Shown here in pieces: positions 47,171 to 57,280 of a stretch of DNA of 64,000 nucleotides. The translations under genes were made by a program, and so were the position numbers. The DNA is from a virus (Duplodnaviria > Heunggongvirae > Uroviricota > Caudoviricetes), in the IMG/VR virus record IMGVR_UViG_2529292913_000008; one strand, given 5' to 3'. The notes under the pieces are model-generated. The model searched no databases, had not been told where the DNA came from, and saw nothing but the letters and a program-made list of their open reading frames with translations. The stretch's first letter is position 1, and each line of letters opens with the position of its first letter.

Positions 47171-47986
47171 ATGAGCAAAAACTTTTTTCAATCCGGGGCA
47201 TTTTTGGGGAATGGACTGTCCCGTTTCGCTTTGAACTCTGATCCTGTGCAGCTGATGGAGTCTGCCCGAGCAAGCGCCGAACCGCCAACAGATCCGGTTA
47301 TTAATAATAATCCGGAACCGGCGGCACAGACTAACGATAATGTTCCATCTGATCCGGCTCCTGAGCAAATCCTGGAAGGGAAAGATGGTAAAGAATGGAC
47401 CGTCGAACAGGCGCACCAGATGATTCTGGAAGCTGCAAATCGAAGTGCTATGCAGAATGCGTTGAGTGATGCGGCCGACGCCGTTTTCTCCTGGGCTGAT
47501 AGCGGTGATCTGACTTTCGACTCCCTTGATGGTTTCGTTCAGGCTATCGCTGGTATCTCTGATGACGACGACTCCGAAGTTACAGAAGAACAGGACGATG
47601 CCTATAACGAAGCATGGGCAAATGTTGCTGACTTCCTCGCAGCATGCGGTGTAGATGATGACCTGATCGAAGCACTGGCTGACGATGAAGACGACGACGC
47701 TGCTGCTGATGTTGGTGCCTCTATCGCTGGTTTAGATAGCGACGACCGCGACGAACTGGAAGCGGCGTTTGTTGTTGCTGGCACTTCTGATGAAATGCTG
47801 ACTGAAGCATTTAAGAAGGTTGTTCGTAACGGTGAGATCAAACTCATCCGTAAACGCCTGCGTAAAAAACGTCTGACTGCGGCTCAAAAATCGGCGCTGA
47901 AAAAAGCGCGTCGAAAAGCCCAGACCGGCGCGGCAAAACTTGCCCGCAAAAAGTCAATGAAACTGCGCCGTAAGCGCCTTGGCTAA
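47171..47986 (+). CDS. Acidic protein with basic C-terminal tail
   Basis: 271 aa; Asp/Glu-rich centre and Lys/Arg-rich C-terminus. Confidence 0.5.
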   Translation: MSKNFFQSGAFLGNGLSRFALNSDPVQLMESARASAEPPTDPVINNNPEPAAQTNDNVPSDPAPEQILEGKDGKEWTVEQAHQMILEAANRSAMQNALSDAADAVFSWADSGDLTFDSLDGFVQAIAGISDDDDSEVTEEQDDAYNEAWANVADFLAACGVDDDLIEALADDEDDDAAADVGASIAGLDSDDRDELEAAFVVAGTSDEMLTEAFKKVVRNGEIKLIRKRLRKKRLTAAQKSALKKARRKAQTGAAKLARKKSMKLRRKRLG

Positions 47987-48021
47987 AGGAGGAGGCCGGA
48001 GAACTCCGGCCTTTAACTTGA

Positions 48022-48603
48022 ATGGCACCTATACCTTATGGGGTTTACAGCCAGGCTGACGGTGTATCGCCATTTCTGAAAGTTACTTTAACGAACTCTC
48101 AGTACCAGGTTACCGGATATATCAGCCAGGGGGCAGCAATGAACATGGCCCAGAATTGGGAAGCGCCGTTTACCGGTATGTCCATGGGGTCTGTTGCTGG
48201 TGCTTTCAGTGGTTTTGCGCAGGTTGGTACTGAAACAACGTCGGTGGCCCGTTGGAACAGCTTAATGGTTTGGGAGGGGGGAACACCGCCGACTTTCACG
48301 CTGCCAGTAACTTTCATCGCTTTGTTTGACCCATTCACGGAGGTTTCAGGAGCTATCGCCGCATTGTCAGCGATGATTAGCCCGGAACTTAAAGATGCCA
48401 GCATTGGTGGTCGAATCCCGGAGCGTGTGACGCTAAACATTGGTCGCCGGATCAACATCATTGATGTCGCTATCCAGGACATAAGTTTCGATCTCGATGC
48501 GCCCAGGGACAGCAATGGGCATTTCCTGAAAAACACCGTCAACCTCCAGTTGACCGGTTCTTCGATATATAATAGCTCCGATATTGTTCGGGCGTTCCAG
48601 TAA
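48022..48603 (+). CDS. Hypothetical structural protein
   Basis: 193-aa ORF in the late-gene block. Confidence 0.5.
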   Translation: MAPIPYGVYSQADGVSPFLKVTLTNSQYQVTGYISQGAAMNMAQNWEAPFTGMSMGSVAGAFSGFAQVGTETTSVARWNSLMVWEGGTPPTFTLPVTFIALFDPFTEVSGAIAALSAMISPELKDASIGGRIPERVTLNIGRRINIIDVAIQDISFDLDAPRDSNGHFLKNTVNLQLTGSSIYNSSDIVRAFQ

Positions 48604-48614
48604 AAGGATTTTAT

Positions 48615-49124
48615 ATGGGGCACAATAACACTAAGGGAAACCGTAAATTTATTAAGGGCCGCTATACTGCCAACGCGGCCAAAGGCGAACGACTGGTATC
48701 TTCTGAATTCCAGCTCACTTTTGCAGGCCATGAAGATATCAGCGTACTGGTTCGCACGTCGCAAATTCCTGAAATGACCCGCGAGGATGTGGAGGACTAT
48801 GGTCCGAATGGTGTGAAGTTCAACCAGCACGGTCCAATCCGTAACTCCGGGGAAATCCAGGTCCAGTGCGTGGAGACTATCGAAGGCGATATTCTTCAGT
48901 TCATTAAAGATCGCATTGCGGCGAAGGACTATGTTGATATCACGATGGCTGCTACCCCTGAATCCAAATCTTCCGGGGTTAACGCTGTGACAAAAGCTGC
49001 TACAACAATTGAAATGTTGGACTGCAAAATCTACAGTGATGCAATCGACTTTAGTACCGAAGATGTGACTGCTGCTGTGCGCCCGTCACTTCGTATCGTC
49101 TACAACTGGATTGATTGGGATTAA
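48615..49124 (+). CDS. Hypothetical structural protein
   Basis: 169-aa ORF followed by a strong terminator. Confidence 0.5.
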   Translation: MGHNNTKGNRKFIKGRYTANAAKGERLVSSEFQLTFAGHEDISVLVRTSQIPEMTREDVEDYGPNGVKFNQHGPIRNSGEIQVQCVETIEGDILQFIKDRIAAKDYVDITMAATPESKSSGVNAVTKAATTIEMLDCKIYSDAIDFSTEDVTAAVRPSLRIVYNWIDWD

Positions 49125-49143
49125 GAGTCATCCCTTGTATTTT

Positions 49144-49170
49144 AAAGCTCCTTCGGGAGCTTTTTTATTT
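49144..49170 (+). terminator. Rho-independent terminator
   Basis: aaagctcc-ttcg-ggagcttt followed by ttttattt. Confidence 0.7.
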
Positions 49171-49228
49171 GGAGAGGAAAGGGTGCATTGAGGATACCTG
49201 ACACACGAAGAGTGGCGGGGATCTCTCC

Positions 49229-50567
49229 CATAAGCGCTAACTTAAGGGTTGAACCATCTGAAGAATGCGACGCCTCGGTGCCTCGTTAAGACGATGCCTC
49301 GCGTTCTTCAATTGCGTTTTGTAGGCTGTCAGGGATACTGTCCCACGAATGGCCACCTGTAAGCTCCAGATGACCATTTTTGTTATTCTCCACAACGAGT
49401 TAGTTCTTCTTTTCGGATCCGGCACTTCTGGGGGGGAAATCCAGCGATGGCTGGATTATGTCGTCAATTAAAAATGCGGCGAGTAGATTAGCAAATATCC
49501 ACGCTTTCGCGAGTTCAGGTTCCTTTGCACGCAAAGCATCCAGGTGCAGCAAACTTTTGAGCCGCTTAAAAGCCAGTTCAATTTGCCATCGCAGACGGTA
49601 ACAATCAGCCACTTGCTCTGCTGAATATTCATCTTCCGGTAATGATGTTAGCAATAGCACATGGCCCGCTGCTTCCAGCGTTTCCGCCTGAACTACTCGT
49701 CCTTTTCGACGATTCTCGCTGAGCAGTCGGGTTTTACTGATTAATGCTTTTTCGGGAGGAAGTGATACGGCAATGAGACGTGCCGGAAAGGGAGCTCCGG
49801 CTTTTTTATTACCTGAATTGCCTATCATTACAGTGGTTTCACCGTTCTTACCGCAATCCAGCCCGCGCAGAAAACCCATCATGTCAAAGCGCATTCCTTC
49901 TGCAGTTAACCAGCGCAATCCTCGCCAGTGAACCCGGACGATATAATCAGCTTCTCCAAAAGCAAGTGAGCGGATACATTCGGGACGCGAACCGAATCCC
50001 CGGTCAGCAATGCGTATCTCGTCTGCCGTTTGCGCAAATCGGTCCAGCCGTTCAGCGTCTCTGCTGTCGGTTAGCTCAAAATCAGTGAACTGACAGGTAT
50101 GAGGATCATATCCCATATGTAGTCGCCATTCAGCGCTGCCGCCCCCGGGCGCACTGATTGCTGTTCCATCGACAAGACGCAATCTCTTTCCGCTTGTACA
50201 ACCCGTAACTGCGGCGCGTACAGCAAGTGTTTGTGCGGCAAGTATGCCAAACCAGTCGGCGGCATTCCGCAGCCGCTTCAGGAGAGCCACGTCAGATAAT
50301 GTTGCAACGTCATGGAGCTGAGCCCATGCAGTGACTTCACGTAATGACATCCCCCCGGGGCCGTAAGCCAGCCCCAGACGTAGCAGAGTTGCAGCATCAC
50401 GAATTTCGCGGCGGCGGGTTAGAGCCCCGGCATTACGTGCCGAAGTATCCAGTTCTTCGGGCTTACCAATATGGGCCAGAATTGCTGACCAGTTATCGTG
50501 AGAGTAATTCATCGGCACGTTAAATCATATCAGGCGTAATACCACAACCCTTAAGTTAGCGCTTATG
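49229..50567 (-). mobile_element. IS186 (IS4 family), 1339 bp, with 10-bp target-site duplication GGATCTCTCC
   Basis: Terminal inverted repeats CATAAGCGCTAACTTAAGGGTTG at 49229 and its reverse complement ending at 50567; identical flanks at 49219-49228 and 50568-50577. Confidence 0.85.
49400..50518 (-). CDS. IS186 transposase
   Basis: 372 aa, recognised as the IS186 transposase (MPMNYSHDNWSAILAH...). Confidence 0.9.
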   Translation of the reverse strand: MPMNYSHDNWSAILAHIGKPEELDTSARNAGALTRRREIRDAATLLRLGLAYGPGGMSLREVTAWAQLHDVATLSDVALLKRLRNAADWFGILAAQTLAVRAAVTGCTSGKRLRLVDGTAISAPGGGSAEWRLHMGYDPHTCQFTDFELTDSRDAERLDRFAQTADEIRIADRGFGSRPECIRSLAFGEADYIVRVHWRGLRWLTAEGMRFDMMGFLRGLDCGKNGETTVMIGNSGNKKAGAPFPARLIAVSLPPEKALISKTRLLSENRRKGRVVQAETLEAAGHVLLLTSLPEDEYSAEQVADCYRLRWQIELAFKRLKSLLHLDALRAKEPELAKAWIFANLLAAFLIDDIIQPSLDFPPRSAGSEKKN

Positions 50568-50589
50568 GGATCTCTCCCCGCCAGGTCTC

Positions 50590-50745
50590 TTACCTTTCAG
50601 ATTCGTAGGCTGTGAAGACAGTGACCTCCGTCTGGCCGGTTCGGATTCGTACCTCGCAGAGGTCTTTCCTCGTTACCAGTGCCGTCACAATGACGGTTAA
50701 ACAGATGACGATCAGAGCGATTAATATCGCTTTATGCTGCTTCAT
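50590..50745 (-). CDS. Hok/Gef-family membrane toxin
   Basis: 51 aa, MKQHKAILIALIVICLTVIVTALVTRKDLCEVRIRTGQTEVTVFTAYESER, near-identical in pattern to E. coli HokC/Gef; below the ORF-track cutoff. Confidence 0.75.
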   Translation of the reverse strand: MKQHKAILIALIVICLTVIVTALVTRKDLCEVRIRTGQTEVTVFTAYESER

Positions 50746-50926
50746 AGCCTGCTTCTCCTTGACCTTTTGGTCGGTAAGAGGCTAATCTACGTATGCTAAG
50801 CATAGATATGGCCTCAGATTAATGTTAAGCGTCTTGCAGGACGCGTAATGTTATCTGGGGCTTTCTTCTATCTGCTTTTCGGGTAATGCCTGAAGCAGAT
50901 AGCCTCAAGCACCCGCAACGATTGTA

Positions 50927-51174
50927 TCAATGTCTGGCTTTTTTTCTATAGAAATCACCTGGAAGGGTGAATATCCACATCAGAAGAAATGTTGCAGCAA
51001 ACATGATCCCTAATGGCCAGACCGCGCCAAAGAAAATCCATACTAAGATCTCCTCTGCTTGTTCTTTGCGGTCGATATCGACAAGCATTTTTCGGCTGAT
51101 CATGTATACACAGAAGCCAATACAAACATATCCTGCAAAAGCGATCGCTAACTGTAAAAAATCAGATTGCATCT
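50927..51174 (-). CDS. Small membrane protein
   Basis: 82 aa from the internal ATG with a GAGG RBS; two hydrophobic segments. Confidence 0.4.
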
Positions 51175-51222
51175 CCGACCTCAAACCGAAAACGCCAGGT
51201 GACTCCAGATTAGAGCAATCTA

Positions 51223-52067
51223 TCACCCTCTGAATCCTGCCGGTATACCCCATTGTTCGTTATCTTTATTTTTGGCTAAAACCGCATTAAGAGCTTCGTT
51301 TACCGTCATGCAATGCGGCAGATTATCGAAGTTTGATATCCCGCCAATATCAGGAGAACGCTTGTCCTTCAGGTAAGCATATTTCCGCGCTGCCGCCTCT
51401 ACTTTCTGCTTGAACTCATGTTTTTGAGCGCGTTTTTTGGATAACCGCAGATTGTCAGCCTTTGCTTTTGCCTCAGCGATCCATGAAGTCAATTTTTTGA
51501 GTCTGGTCGTTCCGGCACCGCCGGAAACTGATCTTTTTGTTTTTTAACTTGTGACTTCTTATTCTTTATTGCCACGTCATCCTGACAGGGGGAGGGGGTA
51601 TCATTTTGACATGGGGGTGTGGATAAAAAATTAAATAAAGCCAATGTCTTAGCGAGAACAGCTTTAACCTTGGTTGCCGCTGAAGAGATCTTTAATTTGC
51701 TTTCAATCAGCGCATTTTTGGCTTGTTGTGCGAAGGCCAAAAAGGATGGTGTAAACCGGTACAGGTTAGCGCGACGTTCACGGTGATCGCCGATAACAAT
51801 CTCTACAGACAGGATTCCTTTGTTTACAGCTTCACGGAATGCACGAACGACGGTTGATTGGCTATAACCAGTTTCTGCCGCGATCAGGCGGTGAGGCTTG
51901 TGAATGAAGTATTCACTGGTTGTTGCCGCGAGATTTGCACATTGCGACAAGATATGCCCGGCGCTACGGGATAGACCGGAGTGTGTTACAAAGCAGGCCA
52001 ATTCATAGCCAGAAAAAGTAAAATCGCTCATCGTTATACAGCTCAGGAAAGTGACTTTAGCCAGCAT
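51223..52067 (-). pseudogene. repL: Lytic replication protein RepL gene split by a -1 frameshift at a T6/A6 run (51493-51498)
   Basis: The 192-aa and 89-aa ORFs abut; adding one A to the run fuses them into 281 codons, the length I recall for P1 RepL; kilA lies immediately upstream. Confidence 0.55.
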
Positions 52068-52096
52068 TACAATGCTGGTGGTTCTTACTACGTCTG

Positions 52097-52897
52097 TTAG
52101 CGCGTCGCCGCGACAGGCACCAGCACACCAGCATCAAGCAATCGCTTCATAAGCCACTGCTGACCTTTGCCGGTTATACGAGTCGTGAAAGAAATCCTGC
52201 TTCCATTGCTTGTATCGATCACGGTTTCTTTAAGGGTGAAATACCCACGGGATATGTATTCTTGTTTGGGGACGTTCCTGCGTTCACCGGTTGCGATCAG
52301 AATTCCGTTATCACGCAACCAGGTGAAGAGATAGTTTTGGCCCAGGCCGAGCACTTTGGCATAGTTGCCGATTAGAACCCCGCTGGCGGTAGCAACGCGT
52401 TCGGCGAATTCGACTTTAGGTGCATCCATAAGCATTTTTTGCTCCAGCCGTTGCTTTTGCTCTGCCAGGTCGGCAGCCAAACGGAGAGCTTCAGGGAGAC
52501 TCTGCGGAATAGCAGGTTGTAATCTTCCAGCTCGATAGTCGATAAATGTCTGGTTTACCTTCAGCCGAAACGCGGGAGAAATCCAGCCTGCGTACTCCAC
52601 AGCGAGCAATTCATGGGCAAAAGTGCCGCCGCCACGGCCTTCGAACGAAACTATGCAATTCTGCATAGTTTCTTTTTCAAGCTCTTCGATGAGCTGTTTA
52701 GCTGACAGCGTTCTTAGCCATTGAGCTGGCGCTTTATGGGCACCGAGTCCGCTCGCTCTGTGTAGAGCATTAAGGTTGTAACGGCCAGCGCGGTCGGTCG
52801 TAATTTCAACACCACAAATAACGGGCAGAGTGGTTGAAGGATCGACATTTTGATGAAGGTTTGATATATTCATATCCGCATTGAATGTTTGTTGCAT
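52097..52897 (-). CDS. kilA: KilA (KilA-N domain plus Ant-like C-terminal domain)
   Basis: 266 aa; its C-terminal ~130 aa are paralogous to the C-terminus of the ant gene upstream. Confidence 0.7.
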   Translation of the reverse strand: MQQTFNADMNISNLHQNVDPSTTLPVICGVEITTDRAGRYNLNALHRASGLGAHKAPAQWLRTLSAKQLIEELEKETMQNCIVSFEGRGGGTFAHELLAVEYAGWISPAFRLKVNQTFIDYRAGRLQPAIPQSLPEALRLAADLAEQKQRLEQKMLMDAPKVEFAERVATASGVLIGNYAKVLGLGQNYLFTWLRDNGILIATGERRNVPKQEYISRGYFTLKETVIDTSNGSRISFTTRITGKGQQWLMKRLLDAGVLVPVAATR

Positions 52898-52966
52898 TTT
52901 TTCTCCAAATTTGCATCAACCTTCAATCACCAGCTCGAAATGGTGATTCTTTGCACTTAGAAAACG

Positions 52967-52983
52967 AAATTTATTAGAGCAAA
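52967..52983 (-). promoter_or_regulatory. C1 operator-like site (16/17; Op53-position) upstream of kilA-repL
   Basis: aaatttattagagcaaa between ant and kilA. Confidence 0.6.
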
Positions 52984-53060
52984 TTTTTCTGACTCGATCC
53001 AGATCGGGTTGGACGATCTGCTCAGAAACCTGCCAGTTTGCTGGCAGGTTTTTTCTTTTG

Positions 53061-54104
53061 TTAACCTATTGCTACTGGTTTTAACAAACCAGCATCAAGT
53101 AGCTTGCGAGTTAACCACTGCTGGCCTTTACCCGTTAATTGGGGCGTCAGCCGTATCTGGTAGCCATTTTCATCATCCAGCACCACTTCTTTCACCGTGA
53201 AATACCCGGCGTTGATGTACTGTTGGCGCGGTACGTTTTTGCGCGCACCAAAAGCCATGAGAATGCCGTTCTGGCGCAACCATGAGAAAAGGGCGTTTTG
53301 CTTAAGTCCAACGACCTTTGCAAAGTTCCCGATCAGGATTCCATTAGCCGCTGATACCCGGTCGGCAAAATCGACTTTAGGGGCTGCGGCCACCAGCTGT
53401 TGTTCCAACTGCATTTTCTGTTCTGCCAACTCGGCAGCCAGGCGTAGAGCGTCTGGTAATGTTTGGGGGATCGATGGGGCAGGGGAGTTTGCCTGCTGCA
53501 ATTCTTCCAGTTTGTCGATCAGCGAACGGCGGACTGCTTTTGACTCGCGCGCGGCGACTCGCAGGGCTTGTTTGTAGGTCATGGTTATGACAACCATAGG
53601 CGTACCGCCACCTGGCGGCACGGTTGCACTTTTTGTGTAACCGTCCTCACCTTCTAATTCGTCGAGTATTTTTTTGATGAATTTGTTGTTCCGAACCTCT
53701 GGTTCCCCACATAACTTACGCGCTTCATTGACCATCTTTAACAGCGTCTGGCTGTCGATTGTGTCTCCAGTGTTGGAGATAACATTCACAGCTGGTGATG
53801 GCGTAGCTGAAGCAACAGATGCTGGTTTTTTAACATTCAAATTATTACTGGTCATTCTATGTGCCTCCTTTCTCATTTCTGCTGCCACCGTTGCGTAACG
53901 TAGACGTCCTTGTTCAATCAAATAATCCCTGATCTCGGCTATCAGTAGCCTGTTGATCACAGCCTTATCTGTTCGGGTATAAAAACGTCTGGTTATCATG
54001 AAATAGTTGGCAATTGCGCCGGGGATCTCCCGTGTCGGCATACAGGCAGTATGCAGGGCGATCGCTTCGGCTATGTCATTACGGGTGACGAGAGGTTTTT
54101 TCAT
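53061..54104 (-). CDS. ant: Antirepressor (Ant-like)
   Basis: 347 aa with a KilAC/Ant C-terminal domain; the icd ORF overlaps its start. Confidence 0.7.
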   Translation of the reverse strand: MKKPLVTRNDIAEAIALHTACMPTREIPGAIANYFMITRRFYTRTDKAVINRLLIAEIRDYLIEQGRLRYATVAAEMRKEAHRMTSNNLNVKKPASVASATPSPAVNVISNTGDTIDSQTLLKMVNEARKLCGEPEVRNNKFIKKILDELEGEDGYTKSATVPPGGGTPMVVITMTYKQALRVAARESKAVRRSLIDKLEELQQANSPAPSIPQTLPDALRLAAELAEQKMQLEQQLVAAAPKVDFADRVSAANGILIGNFAKVVGLKQNALFSWLRQNGILMAFGARKNVPRQQYINAGYFTVKEVVLDDENGYQIRLTPQLTGKGQQWLTRKLLDAGLLKPVAIG

Positions 54105-54322
54105 AAAACCCCCTGAACGTCGGCAGAGAAGGGGAGGTTCCAGTAACTAAGTGAATTGCGCGAGTTAGTTGAAAAACGGGCAGTAAAAATGCAGGGGCCA
54201 TCAGGCAATTGAGAGCGTGCTTCGTCTTCTGTTGCTGCGATGACGAAGTGATAGTGGTGTTTTTTGCAGGAATAGAAACGCCAGATGAATTCTTGGCGTG
54301 CGCAAGGATTGGCATTAACCAT
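54101..54322 (-). CDS. icd: Icd-like small protein
   Basis: 73-aa ORF overlapping the ant start by 4 nt, with the predicted c4 RNA just upstream; 73 aa matches P1 Icd as I recall it. Confidence 0.55.
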   Translation of the reverse strand: MVNANPCARQEFIWRFYSCKKHHYHFVIAATEDEARSQLPDGPCIFTARFSTNSRNSLSYWNLPFSADVQGVL

Positions 54323-54361
54323 AGTTACGGCCTCGTAAGTTGATAAACAACCTGCGACCCG

Positions 54362-54438
54362 CTGCTAAACAGGTGGCAGGACGTGACGGGGTTAGCAGAC
54401 TGGCACTTACGAAACCAGCAGGCCGAAGCCTCCCCATC
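54362..54438 (-). ncRNA. c4: Predicted c4 antisense RNA (77 nt)
   Basis: On the minus strand, GGTGGGGCGTGATGGGG... to ...CCCCGTCACGTCCTGCCACC has roughly complementary ends and is exactly 77 nt, the size reported for P1 c4; boundaries were inferred by eye. Confidence 0.4.
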
Positions 54439-54634
54439 ACGCCCCACCATAATTCGGGCGTAACGTGGTTTACGGACACAAAAATACCGCAATATCGGAA
54501 ATCTGCGGTTGTCCGCGTAAGTATTCAGGCTGCTAAACCCGGTCGCAGAATTTGCTACGACGGCGAAACTATAAGCCTGAACGATTAAAAGGTCAATATG
54601 ATGCAAAAAGATAGCATTCGCGACTTAAAAATAC

Positions 54635-54651
54635 AAATTTATTAGAGCAGA
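54635..54651 (-). promoter_or_regulatory. C1 operator-like site (15/17; Op51-position) upstream of c4-icd-ant
   Basis: aaatttattagagcaga. Confidence 0.55.
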
Positions 54652-54932
54652 TTAGTGTCGTGCAATAGATATATTATTTGTGATGAAAAATAATGCAGAT
54701 GGATATTGTAACTTTAAGATGGATATCAATAGTCGATACATAAATTAAGTTAGCAATAAACTATTAACTTAAGAAATAATGCAGATGGTGAACTTGTCTC
54801 TGACTTTTCAGCTATACACAATAAGTTAGGGATAGCTTATAAAAAGTTGATTAATTGATATAAGTCAATGGGAGTATTCTTGTTTACTTTCCGTTCTTGT
54901 GGTAACTTCTCGCCGGTTTTTGTTTTTCTGGG

Positions 54933-55454
54933 ATGATTCTTATGTCTAAAAAGTATACTTTATGCGCTCTTGTTGTATCTGCAATTCTTCTTTCTGGGTG
55001 TCAATCTAGCGGTGCTGATTATGCTGCCGATGTTTATGATACCGCTCAATTGAATTCGAAGCAGGAAACAAAGACAGTCAATATTATCTCTGTGCTTCCA
55101 GCTAAAGTGAAAGTTGATAATAAAGCTAATAAAGAAGCGGCACAGACATTTGGTGCGGTACTGGGAGCTGTTGCTGGGGGCGTTGCCGGTTATAATGTTA
55201 AAGGCACATCGACACTGGGTGCTGTAGCTGGCGGTACTGGTGGTGCGGCTCTTGGTGCAGCGGCTGGTTCTTTGGTTAGTGATAAAACAATTGTTGAAGG
55301 TGTTTCACTGACTTATAAAGAAGGAACTAAGGTGTTCACTTCAACTCAAGTTGGTAAAGCATGCCAGTTTACAACGGGGCTTGCTGTGCTTATTTCAACT
55401 AAAGATAATGAAACTCGAATTCAGCCAAATGCTACTTGTCCAGAAAAGAAATAA
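54933..55454 (+). CDS. Glycine-zipper lipoprotein (SlyB/Pcp-like)
   Basis: Lipobox LSGC; Gly/Ala-rich GAVAGGVAGY...GAVAGGTGGAALGAAAGS repeats. Confidence 0.6.
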   Translation: MILMSKKYTLCALVVSAILLSGCQSSGADYAADVYDTAQLNSKQETKTVNIISVLPAKVKVDNKANKEAAQTFGAVLGAVAGGVAGYNVKGTSTLGAVAGGTGGAALGAAAGSLVSDKTIVEGVSLTYKEGTKVFTSTQVGKACQFTTGLAVLISTKDNETRIQPNATCPEKK

Positions 55455-55457
55455 TTT

Positions 55458-55997
55458 ATGAATAAAATTATTTTATTTCTAATCTTTTCTACGTTTAGTG
55501 TAGGCACTGCCTTGGCTAACTCGTTGCAAAGTCAAATTGCTGCTATTGCTCAAGCGGAAAATGAAGGGCGAGCTAAAGAGCAGCAAGCTGAGGATGCCAG
55601 AAAAGAACTTATTCGCCAACAAGCACAAGCTGAACGTATTAGAAGAGAAAAAGCAGCATCTGCCGCTGCTGCACGCGAAAAACAGCGTGTTGCTGCAGAA
55701 AATGAACGTAGAGCGAAACGAGAAGCCGAGCTAGCAAATGACAAGAAGCGAGATCAAGCTTATGAGGATGAGCTTCGCAAGCTGCAACTCGAAAGCATGA
55801 AACTCGAACTGCAAGCAAAAGCGGCTCGTGTCCAGCGAGAAAACGATTTTATAGAGCAGGAGTTGAAGGAGAGAGCAGCTAAGACAGATGTAATTCAGTC
55901 TGAGGCTGATGCAAATAGAAATATTTCTACAGGAAGTAAAGATTTACTGCAAAGCGAAGGAAAAGCTAGAGAGAAGAAAGCTAGCAGTTGGTGGTAG
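55458..55997 (+). CDS. Secreted coiled-coil protein
   Basis: 179 aa with a signal peptide and highly charged Ala/Glu/Arg/Lys-rich helix. Confidence 0.55.
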   Translation: MNKIILFLIFSTFSVGTALANSLQSQIAAIAQAENEGRAKEQQAEDARKELIRQQAQAERIRREKAASAAAAREKQRVAAENERRAKREAELANDKKRDQAYEDELRKLQLESMKLELQAKAARVQRENDFIEQELKERAAKTDVIQSEADANRNISTGSKDLLQSEGKAREKKASSWW

Positions 55998-56053
55998 TAA
56001 TCACTACGATTGCGAGCATACTGTCACAAATGACAACTCGTAGAATCTGTTAA

Positions 56054-56644
<591 letters not shown>

Positions 56645-56654
56645 GAGGGCTGAT

Positions 56655-57266
56655 ATGGGGTTTAATGTTGCTTCAGTAAAGTCTTATGTATCTTCGGCAT
56701 TAACGACGACATTATTTGGCTCCGGCGTTGGTGAACGGGAAGTTGGTAAGCTGACGTCAATCATCATGAACAAAATGCTGTTCGCGCAAGGATGGCAGTT
56801 CTCTGTCGAAGTTGATGGACTGGAGGGGGCAGACTTCTTTGCCAAAGATATTACCTACCACGATTACAGCATCGAATATGAAACGATTAAAATCGGCGGA
56901 GGGAATATCCTTCAACCAACGGAGCGTTCGCCTGGGCAGATAACAATGATGGTCAGGGATACCGTTGATGGCCTCGTTTTGGACTGGTTTAAGACGGCAA
57001 AAAGTCGGGTGATCAATCCGGACGGTACCGGGAATATACCGTCTAAATATTTGCTCAATGTGCGTATTTATCGGTTGCTGTCTTCCGGCTTAACCAAACT
57101 GGAAAATGAGATGACGGTATTCCCGGTCACTACCGGCGATGTCACCTATGCGCGAGATCAGGTTACTGAATTTAAGTCATTCCCAATGACCTTCGCATTG
57201 CACAGCACGTTTAACCAATCCTCAAGTTCTTTGGCTTCCCTTCTGGGCTTTAGCTTTTCTCTTTGA
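56655..57266 (+). CDS. Hypothetical late protein
   Basis: 203-aa ORF. Confidence 0.5.
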   Translation: MGFNVASVKSYVSSALTTTLFGSGVGEREVGKLTSIIMNKMLFAQGWQFSVEVDGLEGADFFAKDITYHDYSIEYETIKIGGGNILQPTERSPGQITMMVRDTVDGLVLDWFKTAKSRVINPDGTGNIPSKYLLNVRIYRLLSSGLTKLENEMTVFPVTTGDVTYARDQVTEFKSFPMTFALHSTFNQSSSSLASLLGFSFSL

Positions 57267-57280
57267 ATTAAGGAGCAAGG

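Noticed and set aside
49125-50900. Possibility that the IS186/hok segment is a chromosomal (E. coli K-12 hokC) misassembly
   Set aside because: IS186 is flanked by a perfect 10-bp duplication, and P1-type late genes and repL/kilA adjoin on both sides without a break, so a simple insertion into contiguous phage-plasmid DNA is the more economical reading.
54325-54606. 93-aa minus-strand ORF
   Set aside because: It overlaps the predicted c4 RNA and the icd upstream leader, has low-complexity composition and no RBS; probably non-coding.
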